Shown: positions 29,664 through 38,271 of the stretch, piece after piece | Layout of the letters: every line of letters begins with the position of its first letter | Numbering within the stretch: the stretch's first letter is position 1 | Source of the DNA: a virus | Taxonomy: Duplodnaviria > Caudoviricetes | DNA: 51,082 nucleotides | IMG/VR virus record: IMGVR_UViG_3300006182_000063 | Location: 1 to 51,082 of that record | Reading direction: 5' to 3' (one strand) | Translations under genes and position numbers: made by a program | Notes under the pieces: model-generated | The model's database searches: none | The model's input: the letters and a program-made list of their open reading frames with translations, nothing else | What the model was told of the DNA's origin: nothing

Positions 29664-29693
29664 ATAATGCGACATGGCGACATGACATTGCAA
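29664..29693 (-). promoter_or_regulatory. Putative late promoter (pR'-like)
   Basis: TTGCAA-18 nt-CATTAT just downstream of the Q-like gene; ATGTC three times in the spacer; terminator follows. Confidence 0.55.
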
Positions 29694-29713
29694 GCCCTTT
29701 TGAGGGACTATTT

Positions 29714-30394
29714 TCATGCAGCCTCCACAGATAGCACTTCTGCAGCCTCAAGCAGGTGCTGCGCCTCGGTCAGAGCCTCATCCACCAGACCTTCCATGGC
29801 GTCCTTGATAGACTTGTTCCAGCGCTGATAGGTGCGCTCTGTGAGCCCCTGGTTGTCCCAGGTCGCCATGTCGTAGTTAGAGTCGGCCAGCACGATCATG
29901 TCGCTTGAGCAGCATTCTGCGCGGGCCTCTGACGCCTGATTGGCTCGCTCCACTGCGGCGCGCGCTGCGTCGTTGCGCCAATCCCACTTGCCCGGCTCGC
30001 GCTCATCGATGCGCGGCTTAGGCGCGGCAACCTTCACGACCTCCCGGCGCACGCCTTTGATCTGCGGCACCGCCCAGGCCTGGACTGCCTTCTGCGTGAA
30101 CAACATAGGCGCCGGGCTGCGGAACGCCGCAACCAGCCGACCGATCGACTCGACCTTGCGGCCCTTGTGCGTACTGTACTTGGCGGTTAGCGCATTCCAG
30201 TGCCGTGGTGAGAGCTGGGCGTGCAGGACCTTGTGCACCATGCAGTCGATCAGTAGGGCTGCATCCTTGCCGGTGATCTCCCCCTTCAGCTTGCTGGTCT
30301 GAACCTTCGGTTCGAAGTCGCAGCCGCCGGCGCTGTTGATGGTCTCAGAGGCCAGGGCCCGGACTACTGCGGATATCACGTTGCGATAGATCAT
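29714..30394 (-). CDS. Putative late antiterminator (Q position)
   Basis: Start MIYRNVISAVVRAL coupled to the ninG stop; sits between ninG and the late promoter/holin; C-terminal ERTYQRW HTH-like. Confidence 0.7.
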   Translation of the reverse strand: MIYRNVISAVVRALASETINSAGGCDFEPKVQTSKLKGEITGKDAALLIDCMVHKVLHAQLSPRHWNALTAKYSTHKGRKVESIGRLVAAFRSPAPMLFTQKAVQAWAVPQIKGVRREVVKVAAPKPRIDEREPGKWDWRNDAARAAVERANQASEARAECCSSDMIVLADSNYDMATWDNQGLTERTYQRWNKSIKDAMEGLVDEALTEAQHLLEAAEVLSVEAA

Positions 30395-30993
30395 GCTGCA
30401 GCCCTCTTGAGTTCTTTGGTCTTTGCCCGGTACTTGGCTTTGATGGCCTTGATCTCTTCCACGGTGTACTTGCATGGCGCGTGCAGACCTTCCAGCCAGG
30501 CCACCTTCTCGGCGCCGATGCGCTGCACCAGGCGGATGCGGTACTCCACGGCATTGCCGGATAGGTTGCGGTTGCACTTCACACATTGACGGTGGATGTT
30601 CAGCGGCTCGAAGCGCAGCTCCGGGCATGCGCCGACGGAACGGTAATGCCCAGCGTCCCAGCGGCTGCCGGTAATGAGGTCGCTGTCGTTCGGTGTGGAG
30701 TCGCAGCTGATGCACGGCAGATGCGCGTCGCGCAGGCGCACGTACTCGTTCACCGCGGCCTGGGTTTCGCGCAGGTGATCGGCCCTACTCTTCAGCTTCT
30801 CCTTGCGGACCTTGATCTCGGCGCGCTCGATGTCGGCCAAGGCCTTGCGCGCCTTCGGCTCATGCCGTGGAGCGTCGATCATTGCGCAGGCCGGGCTGCA
30901 TACCGCCTGCCCCATGCGCGAAGGGACGAATGAGGCCCTACACGTAGCAACACGGCATTTCTTCGGCTTGGCCGGCTTTCGTTCGATGGTCAT
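30391..30993 (-). CDS. ninG: NinG/Rap recombination endonuclease
   Basis: RLRD...PCISC, WDAGHY, LRF...NIH.QC..CN..LSGN. Confidence 0.92.
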   Translation of the reverse strand: MTIERKPAKPKKCRVATCRASFVPSRMGQAVCSPACAMIDAPRHEPKARKALADIERAEIKVRKEKLKSRADHLRETQAAVNEYVRLRDAHLPCISCDSTPNDSDLITGSRWDAGHYRSVGACPELRFEPLNIHRQCVKCNRNLSGNAVEYRIRLVQRIGAEKVAWLEGLHAPCKYTVEEIKAIKAKYRAKTKELKRAAA

Positions 30994-31322
30994 ACAGCCT
31001 CCTTGGCGGGGAACACCGTCCAGTTGCCGAGCCCATTCCACACACCAGCACCGCCCATGTGGTTGATCGAGCCCGGACGAGCGCAAAGCGAAACAGTGAA
31101 AAACCCGAACCAGACCTGTGGCGCGTACACCCACGATGGGAATTTTCGGCCCTTAAACCCGTGGACTTTCCCGCATGCCCAGCAGAACCGAGTGAACGAT
31201 GCGGCGGCGACCGCGGTGCAGATTAGATGGCCACACACTTTGGCCAAGTTCCAAACCAGCCATCCGTTGAATACAAGGCCGCTTCCAACGACCCACCAAA
31301 CAAACCAGTTTATTTCGCTCAT
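30990..31322 (-). CDS. Hypothetical membrane protein
   Basis: Coupled ATGA overlaps; hydrophobic. Confidence 0.65.
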   Translation of the reverse strand: MSEINWFVWWVVGSGLVFNGWLVWNLAKVCGHLICTAVAAASFTRFCWACGKVHGFKGRKFPSWVYAPQVWFGFFTVSLCARPGSINHMGGAGVWNGLGNWTVFPAKEAV

Positions 31323-31834
31323 GCGGCCTCCTTGAATGCTTCGAACTCGGCCATCTCGGTCAGGCGCTCTTCGGTGAGAGTCGGCCAGTCATGCAACACC
31401 AGGTACGCGCAGCACTGACGCCAGAAGTCTTGGAATATCTCCTCCCCCATCGAGTCATACGAAAGGCTGCGGGGTGTCTTGCGGGTGAGCTGGCCCAGGC
31501 CGGGGATGTCGAACAGCTCCTCATCGCAGTAAACGCCCGACTCCAGTTGCAGGGCCTTGATGGCGTCGTGGGACTGCTTGCCAGAGAACCGGTCGATGTT
31601 CTGGCTCAGTACCCGGCCCAGGCCGTGGACCAAACCATTGAACCGTGGGTTGCGTGGCTGCTTGAGGTCGGCGCGGATCTTCGCGTTCATCTTGAATTCA
31701 CGCTCACGCAGGATCGATCGGTCAGCATCGGAAGACGGCACGAACGCGGCTACCTCCTTGCCGGTGGCAGGATCGACCAGGCGGCGCAGCACCAGGTACA
31801 CAGGCATTGGGCGTGGCTTGGCTGGCTTGGTCAT
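31319..31834 (-). CDS. Nin-region hypothetical protein (NinB/DUF1367-like)
   Basis: PRN..F and PRSLS..SM.E..F..F motifs. Confidence 0.65.
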   Translation of the reverse strand: MTKPAKPRPMPVYLVLRRLVDPATGKEVAAFVPSSDADRSILREREFKMNAKIRADLKQPRNPRFNGLVHGLGRVLSQNIDRFSGKQSHDAIKALQLESGVYCDEELFDIPGLGQLTRKTPRSLSYDSMGEEIFQDFWRQCCAYLVLHDWPTLTEERLTEMAEFEAFKEAA

Positions 31835-32007
31835 GGCTGCACCTTCTTGCAGTACCGGTGATAGGCCCAAACTGCGAGATAGATCGGCCAAACCATCGAC
31901 GCGACCCAAAGAACGGCAACCGTGAAGGGCTTCAGATCCTCACGCTGCGTCAATCCGATGTTCAGCCCGCATATTCCGCAGGCCAGCATGAAATAAAGCT
32001 CGGTCAT
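31831..32007 (-). CDS. Small membrane protein
   Basis: MTELYFMLACG...; coupled overlaps at both ends. Confidence 0.6.
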   Translation of the reverse strand: MTELYFMLACGICGLNIGLTQREDLKPFTVAVLWVASMVWPIYLAVWAYHRYCKKVQP

Positions 32008-32465
32008 GATTGCTCTCCCTGGCCCAGTGCGGCGTCGAGGGGGTGCGAAACTCGCAATGGCTCCACAGGCGTGAGGCGCTGGTTTTCCATCGAGAGAGCT
32101 ATTGCGGCTGCTCGCGTCTTCGGGCATGGCAGGCCGCCGTGATCCGTGTACACGCCGCAAATCACGCAACCGGTGAACCCAATTGCCGGCTCATGAAAAG
32201 GCTTAAACGGGTGACGGGCATCGCACTCTTTGCGCAGCACCTCGATCTCCGCCTTGAGCTTGGTATTAACGCGGTCAAAGGCAGCACAGGCGGTCTTTAG
32301 GTCCTGGTTCTCGGCCAGGAGCTCCAGCGCCACCTCCTCCACGGTCTTCTCACCGAGGAACTCACCGAGCGCTTCCGTTTTCTGCTTCCACTCAGCGCAG
32401 TCAGCCTTCCAAGAAGCGACTTCGCTCCACAGCAGCTTCTGAAGTTTCTGCTTGTCGATAGTCAT
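32004..32465 (-). CDS. Hypothetical phage protein
   Basis: MTIDKQKL, ELLAEN; C-terminal CxxC-H-C; coupled overlaps. Confidence 0.65.
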   Translation of the reverse strand: MTIDKQKLQKLLWSEVASWKADCAEWKQKTEALGEFLGEKTVEEVALELLAENQDLKTACAAFDRVNTKLKAEIEVLRKECDARHPFKPFHEPAIGFTGCVICGVYTDHGGLPCPKTRAAAIALSMENQRLTPVEPLRVSHPLDAALGQGEQS

Positions 32466-32650
32466 GTCCGCTTCTCCGCTGCTTCTGCGATCAATGCCAT
32501 GCGCTCCAGGCGCTCGGTGGCCAGGCTGGCCAAGTTCAGGCAATCAGCCTCATCCACCACCGGCATGCACACGAAACGGATTCCGTGCTTGACCATGGTG
32601 TTCGCCATTTCAAGGGATTGGCGAAGCTGTGCTGGGTTTGCTCGTTTCAT
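32462..32650 (-). CDS. Hypothetical phage protein
   Basis: 62 aa; coupled to the P-like gene. Confidence 0.65.
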   Translation of the reverse strand: MKRANPAQLRQSLEMANTMVKHGIRFVCMPVVDEADCLNLASLATERLERMALIAEAAEKRT

Positions 32651-33360
32651 GGCCGCTGCTCCGCTGTCTTCCTGCCGAACTTGGCCAGCAGCAGTGCGCG
32701 GGCCGACTTGCCATCGGCCGGGATTCCTTGCTGGAGGATTCGCGCCTGGGTCTGTTGGTCAGCCAGTTCGTTGGCCAGCTCGAATTCGGTCTTCTGGCTG
32801 TCGTGGCCGATGCCGGTGGCGATCTTCCCGTCGAGCTGCTGCCCAGCCTGGGCGCGGCGAAGGATGATTTCGTAGCTGCGTTCGAACCGAGCGCGCAGGC
32901 CCTTGTCTTCCTGCTTGGCCCCGCGAAGGTCAAACAACCCGGTAGCCTCGGCGGCCAGTTTCACCGCTTCGTGGCTGTACGTGGTCATCAGCGCCTCGAT
33001 CCAGGCGTCACCAACGGCAGGCATGCCGAAGTCTTCAGGCCCTGGCGTGCACATGGCGATGAACTCACCCACGCTCGGGGCGAACGGCTTCTTGATCTTC
33101 CTGCACTTCTGGATACCGAACTCGATCTGCTCCAGGGTGCGTATGCCCTCGTCGGCGAACTCCTTGATCCATTCGGCCTTGGCGGCGTCGAGCGCTTCGG
33201 TGGACGGCCACGCCTGGCGCCATGCCGGGAATATTCCACGCAGCCGGCGGAACAGATCGTTCACCACTTCGGCCGTCTGCGGCGTCACCTGGAGTGGCTG
33301 GCGAGGCTCCACGGCAGGTAGGTTGCCCATGGTAGCCATCAGTTGGTTGGCTGGCTTCAT
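32647..33360 (-). CDS. Replication protein P-like (helicase loader)
   Basis: LF..L..IFPAW, AK.EW, E.I..G...CR....F.PS.GEF. Confidence 0.85.
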   Translation of the reverse strand: MKPANQLMATMGNLPAVEPRQPLQVTPQTAEVVNDLFRRLRGIFPAWRQAWPSTEALDAAKAEWIKEFADEGIRTLEQIEFGIQKCRKIKKPFAPSVGEFIAMCTPGPEDFGMPAVGDAWIEALMTTYSHEAVKLAAEATGLFDLRGAKQEDKGLRARFERSYEIILRRAQAGQQLDGKIATGIGHDSQKTEFELANELADQQTQARILQQGIPADGKSARALLLAKFGRKTAEQRP

Positions 33361-34142
33361 GGGCTCACCACAAGGCCTTCGGTCCAGGCATTGCTGTCGA
33401 AGTCAGGCTCAGTGCTTAGACGTCGCGCCGGGAACTGGCGAATATTGCTGGCCGAAGCCTCGTCGCGCTTCACCCACTTCACCAGCAGGCTCACCCATGC
33501 GGCCTGAGTTTCACAGCGACCAGATGCCGAGTAGTGACAGACAAATGCGGCAGTGGCTTCCGGGGTGAATCGTTCAACTGGGATGGCCATGCGTAGGGCG
33601 TACGCTTTCAGCAGCTTCTGATCTGGTACCCACTCAAGGCACATCTCGGTTGGCAGCTTTGGGTCAACGGAATTTTCCTGCTCCGCGCCTAGAGTGTTGT
33701 GTTGATCTTCTCCTATTCCCTTCCCTTCCCTTCCGGGGTCGAATGGTTGGCGACTGGTCGACGACTCCTCGGCGAACTGTCGACGACCGCTCGCCGACTG
33801 GTCGTCGAATTCAGACGGTGGAGATGGATATTTGAAGTTCTTTTTCTCGATTTTCTGGTGCTTCCAGCCACGGACGTGCAGGTAGTTCTTGCCGTCTGCC
33901 CAGTAGCTCATGGTCAGGTTGGCGCCTTCCAATTCACCCAGCAGGCCACTAACCTCCTCGACGGTAATGTCGTCGCCAGGGAACACCAGGGCCTTAATGG
34001 TCCTGGCTGACAGCGGGTGGTTACCGCCGTCATCACAGAAGTTCCAGATGCCGATGAACAGCAGCCTAGCCAGTGGGCGGCAGGACATAACCTGCTCGCT
34101 CGACCAGAACTCTGGTTTTACAGTGCGTATCCTGGCCATCAT
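33357..34142 (-). CDS. Replication initiator (O-like, C-terminal DnaT-like domain)
   Basis: MARIRTVKPEFW, RLLFIG.WNF.DD.G, W.KHQ; internal iteron-like repeats. Confidence 0.85.
   Translation of the reverse strand: MMARIRTVKPEFWSSEQVMSCRPLARLLFIGIWNFCDDGGNHPLSARTIKALVFPGDDITVEEVSGLLGELEGANLTMSYWADGKNYLHVRGWKHQKIEKKNFKYPSPPSEFDDQSASGRRQFAEESSTSRQPFDPGREGKGIGEDQHNTLGAEQENSVDPKLPTEMCLEWVPDQKLLKAYALRMAIPVERFTPEATAAFVCHYSASGRCETQAAWVSLLVKWVKRDEASASNIRQFPARRLSTEPDFDSNAWTEGLVVSP
33709..33813. repeat. Putative replication origin: seven degenerate 11-bp tandem repeats plus a (TTCCC)n tract
   Basis: ggtcgaatggt/tggcgactggt/cgacgactcct/cggcgaactgt/cgacgaccgct/cgccgactggt/cgtcgaattca at 33737-33813, inside the initiator gene. 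Confidence 0.7.
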
Positions 34143-34438
34143 TGGGCCTCCTGAGCTTTCTGTGCTGCGTTGTAACGCTCGTAGCCTTCGCCGTACTCGT
34201 GGCAATAGGTGGCAGGCCATGCGCCGCGAGTGCCTTCCGGGACGAAGTGATAGAGGCTGGCGTAGGTGCCGTTACCTGGCGTTGTCTTGACCCAAACATG
34301 CTCAGGCCCACCAAGACTCCAGCGCGGGCGATCCTTGACCGCTTCCGCCATGAAGAGCTCAAGATCGTGATGACCGCGACTCATGACGATGTAGGTGTCT
34401 TCGCCGACCGATTCGATTTCCAGTGGATATGTCTTCAT
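34139..34438 (-). CDS. Hypothetical phage protein
   Basis: 99 aa; coupled overlaps. Confidence 0.7.
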   Translation of the reverse strand: MKTYPLEIESVGEDTYIVMSRGHHDLELFMAEAVKDRPRWSLGGPEHVWVKTTPGNGTYASLYHFVPEGTRGAWPATYCHEYGEGYERYNAAQKAQEAQ

Positions 34439-35235
34439 GCGGCACCCCGCAGTGCTTTGTCGTGAGTGAACAGGCCGTCCCAGGTCTTCTTCATGGGCAG
34501 ATCGCCGGCCAGGTACAGGTCGTACAGGCGTGCGGCGCCCTTCTTCAGCAGAATGGGCGTGTAGGAGATAAACGGGTCTTTGCCGTGCGGGGTGACTTCG
34601 TGCTGGTGCTCGGTCATGTACTTGTCGCGGGCGTACGAGCCCACACGGTGGCGCAGGCCGGACTTGCTCTCGTTGTAGAGCCAGCTTCGGGCTTCCAGGT
34701 ACTTGCCCACCTGCATGACATTGACTCCATTGAGGCCCTTGCAGAACTGGGTGTGGGTCATCCCTTCCTTGAACAGGTTCTCCAGGGAATGAATCTTGGT
34801 CGCCTGCTGCTCGACCTGGGCGGTGAGCATCAAGCGGGCCTTTTCAGACTCCATGGCGATCTGCAGGATTTGGATGGTAGAGAGCTCGGGCGCCTCCAGT
34901 GCGTTGATCTTGGCGACTACGCTGCGGCGAACTGCCTTCGACTCGCGCATGGATACCAAGAGGCATTGGTCCTTCGTCAGCATCAGCCCTTCGGAGGCCG
35001 GCCCGCGCTGATTCCTTACTACGAAAGTTTCGTAGTATTCGCCGTCGAGCTCATCCCGGCACCGCGCGGTGAAATCATTTCTGCGAACTTCACTTTCGCC
35101 GAACTGAGCGCGGGCTGAATTGACTAGGTCGAGCAGGTCAAAGCTGCTCATCTTTTCGCGCGCCACGTTTTCAGAGATAGAAAAACGTGGCGCGGGATTA
35201 TTCAGGGCCTGTACATCGGTGTTAGAGGTATGCAT
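34435..35235 (-). CDS. Antirepressor-like protein (Rha-like N-terminus, KilA-C/ANT C-terminus)
   Basis: MSS..L, MRESKAVR, F.K.LNG.N, T.KG..RLY-like; start uncertain. Confidence 0.8.
   Translation of the reverse strand: MHTSNTDVQALNNPAPRFSISENVAREKMSSFDLLDLVNSARAQFGESEVRRNDFTARCRDELDGEYYETFVVRNQRGPASEGLMLTKDQCLLVSMRESKAVRRSVVAKINALEAPELSTIQILQIAMESEKARLMLTAQVEQQATKIHSLENLFKEGMTHTQFCKGLNGVNVMQVGKYLEARSWLYNESKSGLRHRVGSYARDKYMTEHQHEVTPHGKDPFISYTPILLKKGAARLYDLYLAGDLPMKKTWDGLFTHDKALRGAA
35159..35194. repeat. Dispersed palindrome copy 2
   Basis: CGCGCCACG-ttttcagagatagaaaaa-CGTGGCGCG. Confidence 0.9.
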
Positions 35236-35270
35236 AATCGGCCTCACAGATGATTTTGCTGTATGCAGTT

Positions 35271-35301
35271 AAAGAAGCCGGGATTGCGCCCCGGCTTTTT
35301 T
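35271..35301. terminator. Intrinsic terminator (tR-like, possibly bidirectional)
   Basis: AAGCCGGG-attgcgc-CCCGGCTT with flanking T/A runs. Confidence 0.7.
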
Positions 35302-35318
35302 GTGCCTGCGATTTGGGT

Positions 35319-35564
35319 TTATGGGTTGAGGTCTTCATCAGTCCCTCCTTTTTCAGGCCCTAATACGGCCTTCGGCGGGTCGCGCCGTGTCGTTGGTAGA
35401 TGCCGGAGCTTTCCGGCCCCTCTTGGCCTGGTCTTCTCGAAAAAGCGTTCTGCTCCAAGCTTTGCGGCGTACTCGTCAGGGCTCATCCCTTCCGCTGCTG
35501 CCAACCGTTCAAGCTTTTCGTAGAGGCGCCCATCGATCCCGTGGCAGATCGTGGTTTCAGGCAC
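35319..35564 (-). CDS. Small RHH-like DNA-binding protein
   Basis: GTG start after GGAGG; LYEKLERLA..EG.SP.EY. Confidence 0.6.
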   Translation of the reverse strand: MPETTICHGIDGRLYEKLERLAAAEGMSPDEYAAKLGAERFFEKTRPRGAGKLRHLPTTRRDPPKAVLGPEKGGTDEDLNP

Positions 35565-35583
35565 ATAGCCTCCTTCAGGGCCT

Positions 35584-35778
35584 TCAGGCCTGCATGTGTT
35601 TACCGGTAGCATTCGGTTCAACGATGCTTTCCAACTTCTCCTCGACGCACATGCGCACGAACACGGCCAACTGCAGCTTGTGCAGGCGGGCCACGGCCTT
35701 TAACGCCTCATAGGTTTCATCGTCATAGCGGGACTTGATCTCCCGGTCTTTCAGGTGGCGTGTGTCGTCGTATGCCAT
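35584..35778 (-). CDS. Small RHH-like regulator in the cII position
   Basis: GGAG RBS; IKSRYDDETYEALKAVA...LAVFVR. Confidence 0.7.
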   Translation of the reverse strand: MAYDDTRHLKDREIKSRYDDETYEALKAVARLHKLQLAVFVRMCVEEKLESIVEPNATGKHMQA

Positions 35779-35807
35779 TGGTGAGGCTCCTTGGTTGTTC
35801 GAAAGGG

Positions 35808-36002
35808 TTAAGCGGCTGTTTTTTGGGATGGGAACGGACGCTGCTCTTGGGCCGACAAGCTGCCGTCCTCTTCGAGGGTCACGAACACATCGCGGCCTAC
35901 ACGGATCGCCTTGCTCAGCGCGCCCTGGGTGCAACCAAGCATCTGGGCGGCCTTGGTATGGCCGTGTTCTTTGGCAAATTCAGTGAGTGTGATTCGGCGC
36001 AT
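35808..36002 (-). CDS. cro: Cro repressor
   Basis: MRRITL.EF...G.TKAA..LG.TQ.A.SKAI..GR...E.RPFPS, lambda Cro-like. Confidence 0.92.
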   Translation of the reverse strand: MRRITLTEFAKEHGHTKAAQMLGCTQGALSKAIRVGRDVFVTLEEDGSLSAQEQRPFPSQKTAA

Positions 36003-36035
36003 TGCGGCGTCCTCTACGTAGATTTCACCACAAGT

Positions 36036-36099
36036 ATGACCGCCGGTATTGTTCGTAGTCAATACCGGCGATATTGGTTAATTAAATACCGTGGGTAAT
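36036..36099. promoter_or_regulatory. OR: three 15-bp operators with PR and PRM
   Basis: ATGACCGCCGGTATT (36036), AATACCGGCGATATT (36061), AATACCGTGGGTAAT (36085); PR TTGACT..CATACT on the minus strand. Confidence 0.85.
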
Positions 36100-36110
36100 A
36101 CCATCAGCAG

Positions 36111-36896
36111 ATGAAAAAAGACTCCCGACGGCTTCCGTTATCCGAATGGCAGCTGCAAGACAGCGCCCGGCTGAAATCCCTGTTCCAGGCCAAGCGCGGG
36201 GAGCTGCAGCTCACCCAGGAAAAACTTGCTGCTGAACTGGGTGATGGTGTCACCCAGGGCGCAGTCAGCCACTTCATGAACGGACGAACCGCTCTGAGCG
36301 TGAATGCGGCAGTCGTATTCGCGCGAGCGCTCGGGGTTCCGGTTTCGGAGATAAGCCCCACTCTCGCGGCGCAGATCGAAAAAATGTCTCAGGTGCTTCC
36401 TGGTAGAGAGATTCAGCAGGCGATAGATGGCCGCACTCCCCCGCGCAGCTTCGATTTGCAGGAGGAGCCTGGTTACACCGGCGTACTCCAGCTGACCGCG
36501 CGCGGCTCAACCGGCGACGGTGACGACAACCCACACGTTGAGATCCGCGGCGTGATGGCGTTCAAGACTTCCTGGCTGCGGGCAAACAACCTCAATCAGA
36601 AGCACCTGGACGTGATCTACGCCAACGGCCACAGCATGGAGCCGACGATCAACGACGGCGATGTTCTGCTGATTGATGAGTCGAAGATAGAACCGAAAGA
36701 CGGCCAGATATTCGCCATGCAGAGCGCGTCGAAAGGCACGATCGTGAAGCGGCTGGTGAAGTCGGACTTCGACGGCTGGATCATCCGAAGCGACAACCCG
36801 GACAAGGCGCGCTACGGCGATGAGACGCTGCGCGACGGGGAGATAAACGAGGTTCGCATCATCGGGCGTGTGGTTTGGCGTGGCGGGATGCTGTAG
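36111..36896 (+). CDS. cI: CI repressor (HTH + S24 autopeptidase)
   Basis: LTQEKLA..TQGAVSH HTH; G.SMEP and VKRL catalytic motifs. Confidence 0.95.
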   Translation: MKKDSRRLPLSEWQLQDSARLKSLFQAKRGELQLTQEKLAAELGDGVTQGAVSHFMNGRTALSVNAAVVFARALGVPVSEISPTLAAQIEKMSQVLPGREIQQAIDGRTPPRSFDLQEEPGYTGVLQLTARGSTGDGDDNPHVEIRGVMAFKTSWLRANNLNQKHLDVIYANGHSMEPTINDGDVLLIDESKIEPKDGQIFAMQSASKGTIVKRLVKSDFDGWIIRSDNPDKARYGDETLRDGEINEVRIIGRVVWRGGML

Positions 36897-36939
36897 TCAG
36901 CAGCTCGCACCTGGCATAAAAATTCATTAAGGAAGCTTC

Positions 36940-37281
36940 ATGTCTCAAGAAGATGCAGGCAAGCAACAGCACAGGTACGCAGTTACTACCGATGAGTTCG
37001 TACGATTCCTAGAATCCAAAACTCCTGAGTCGGCGTGTCCTGGGTGCCAGTCTAAGGACTGGACGGTTGTCGGGTCTGCAGCCAATGGCATGGCGTACAG
37101 GTTCGTAACAAATCTTCGTGACGGTCCCGCCGCATCACACATTTCAACCTTTGCGATTTATTGCGATGAGTGTGGGTACGTTCGCCATCACTGGGCAAGA
37201 AAGGTCAAGGAGTGGGTAACCGCCAACTCTGTGCAGCAGGAGATTGAATTTGAAGAGGGCGTCGATAATGACGCAGAGTAG
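36940..37281 (+). CDS. Zn-ribbon hypothetical protein (rexA position)
   Basis: CPGC...CDECGY; AAGGA RBS. Confidence 0.75.
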   Translation: MSQEDAGKQQHRYAVTTDEFVRFLESKTPESACPGCQSKDWTVVGSAANGMAYRFVTNLRDGPAASHISTFAIYCDECGYVRHHWARKVKEWVTANSVQQEIEFEEGVDNDAE

Positions 37282-38194
37282 GTTTCAGACGCCAGAAGAT
37301 ATAAGGGATCACTACAATCAGGTAGTTCATTTCCGTAGTCCATCCCTGAATGATGAGGCAGCCCCTACAGACGCACCTGAAAAATTGAGCGATACTGTTG
37401 ACATGAATGATGTAACTCGCGACGAACTTAGAGCCACGCTATCCGCCATCGAAGAACGGATGGACCGGCGCGCCAAGCGAATGGAAAAAGTAGCTGATCG
37501 GCGCTCCGAAGAGTTTCTCCGCGAAATTGCATTGCGCGATGATGCGATCAGACGCGAGCTGGAGTTGCGCCGTGAGTCCTCTATTATCGAGCAGGCGGAG
37601 CGCGACAAAGCTCTAGCGGCACGCGACCAGGCTTTTGAGGAGAAGATTGGTGGTTTTTTATCCACCCAAACTGAGCGCGATCGTCTTTATACAGAAAAGG
37701 CGGACTCCGTCTTTCGTAGGCTGGATGATCGAGATCAGGTGATCGATTCGAAGCTTGCGCTCATGGAAAACTCTTTGCTGCAGGTAAAAAGCACCGTAGA
37801 TGGATTTCAGGGCAGCCTGACAACCTCCGCTAAAGATTTTGAGACGAAACTCGGCGACGGGATATCGGCTTTTAAAAGTGAATTGACTAGAACGCTGAAC
37901 GGGGTTAAATCCTCAAATCGGAATACGGGGATCGCCATCCTTACGATGGCTGCGGCCACAGTTCTCGGAATATGGGGGGCGAACTCCACAATTGTCGGAA
38001 GTGCTGTCGGAATTTTCGACGGTGGCAGAAATTCCGCTGAGCGAACAATGCAGGTCGAATCGCTGCTTCGCGACTCGAAGGCTCAAAGTGAGGCGACCTA
38101 CGCCCTCCTTAAGCAAATGCAGGAACAGCAGCTATCACCACAGAAGTCGAACTCACAAAAACCAAACAGCCCGGCACCTAAGAACACTAAGTAA
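37268..38194 (+). CDS. Coiled-coil protein with a C-terminal TM segment (rexB position)
   Basis: Overlaps the upstream stop; TM GIAILTMAAATVLGIWG; alternative start 37403. Confidence 0.75.
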   Translation: MTQSRFQTPEDIRDHYNQVVHFRSPSLNDEAAPTDAPEKLSDTVDMNDVTRDELRATLSAIEERMDRRAKRMEKVADRRSEEFLREIALRDDAIRRELELRRESSIIEQAERDKALAARDQAFEEKIGGFLSTQTERDRLYTEKADSVFRRLDDRDQVIDSKLALMENSLLQVKSTVDGFQGSLTTSAKDFETKLGDGISAFKSELTRTLNGVKSSNRNTGIAILTMAAATVLGIWGANSTIVGSAVGIFDGGRNSAERTMQVESLLRDSKAQSEATYALLKQMQEQQLSPQKSNSQKPNSPAPKNTK

Positions 38195-38197
38195 GCA

Positions 38198-38223
38198 AGC
38201 CCGGCCCAGCGCCGGGCTTTTTG
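38198..38223 (+). terminator. Intrinsic terminator of the cI operon
   Basis: AGCCCGGC-ccagc-GCCGGGCT followed by a T run. Confidence 0.75.
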
Positions 38224-38271
38224 TATCTGCCCTCCTGCTACACTTTCGGCGTCCTATCCTGGAGCCTTTCA

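Noticed and set aside
30395-30715. N-terminal extension of the Q-slot ORF
   Set aside because: Overlaps ninG out of frame; the coupled ATG at 30394 is the more plausible start.
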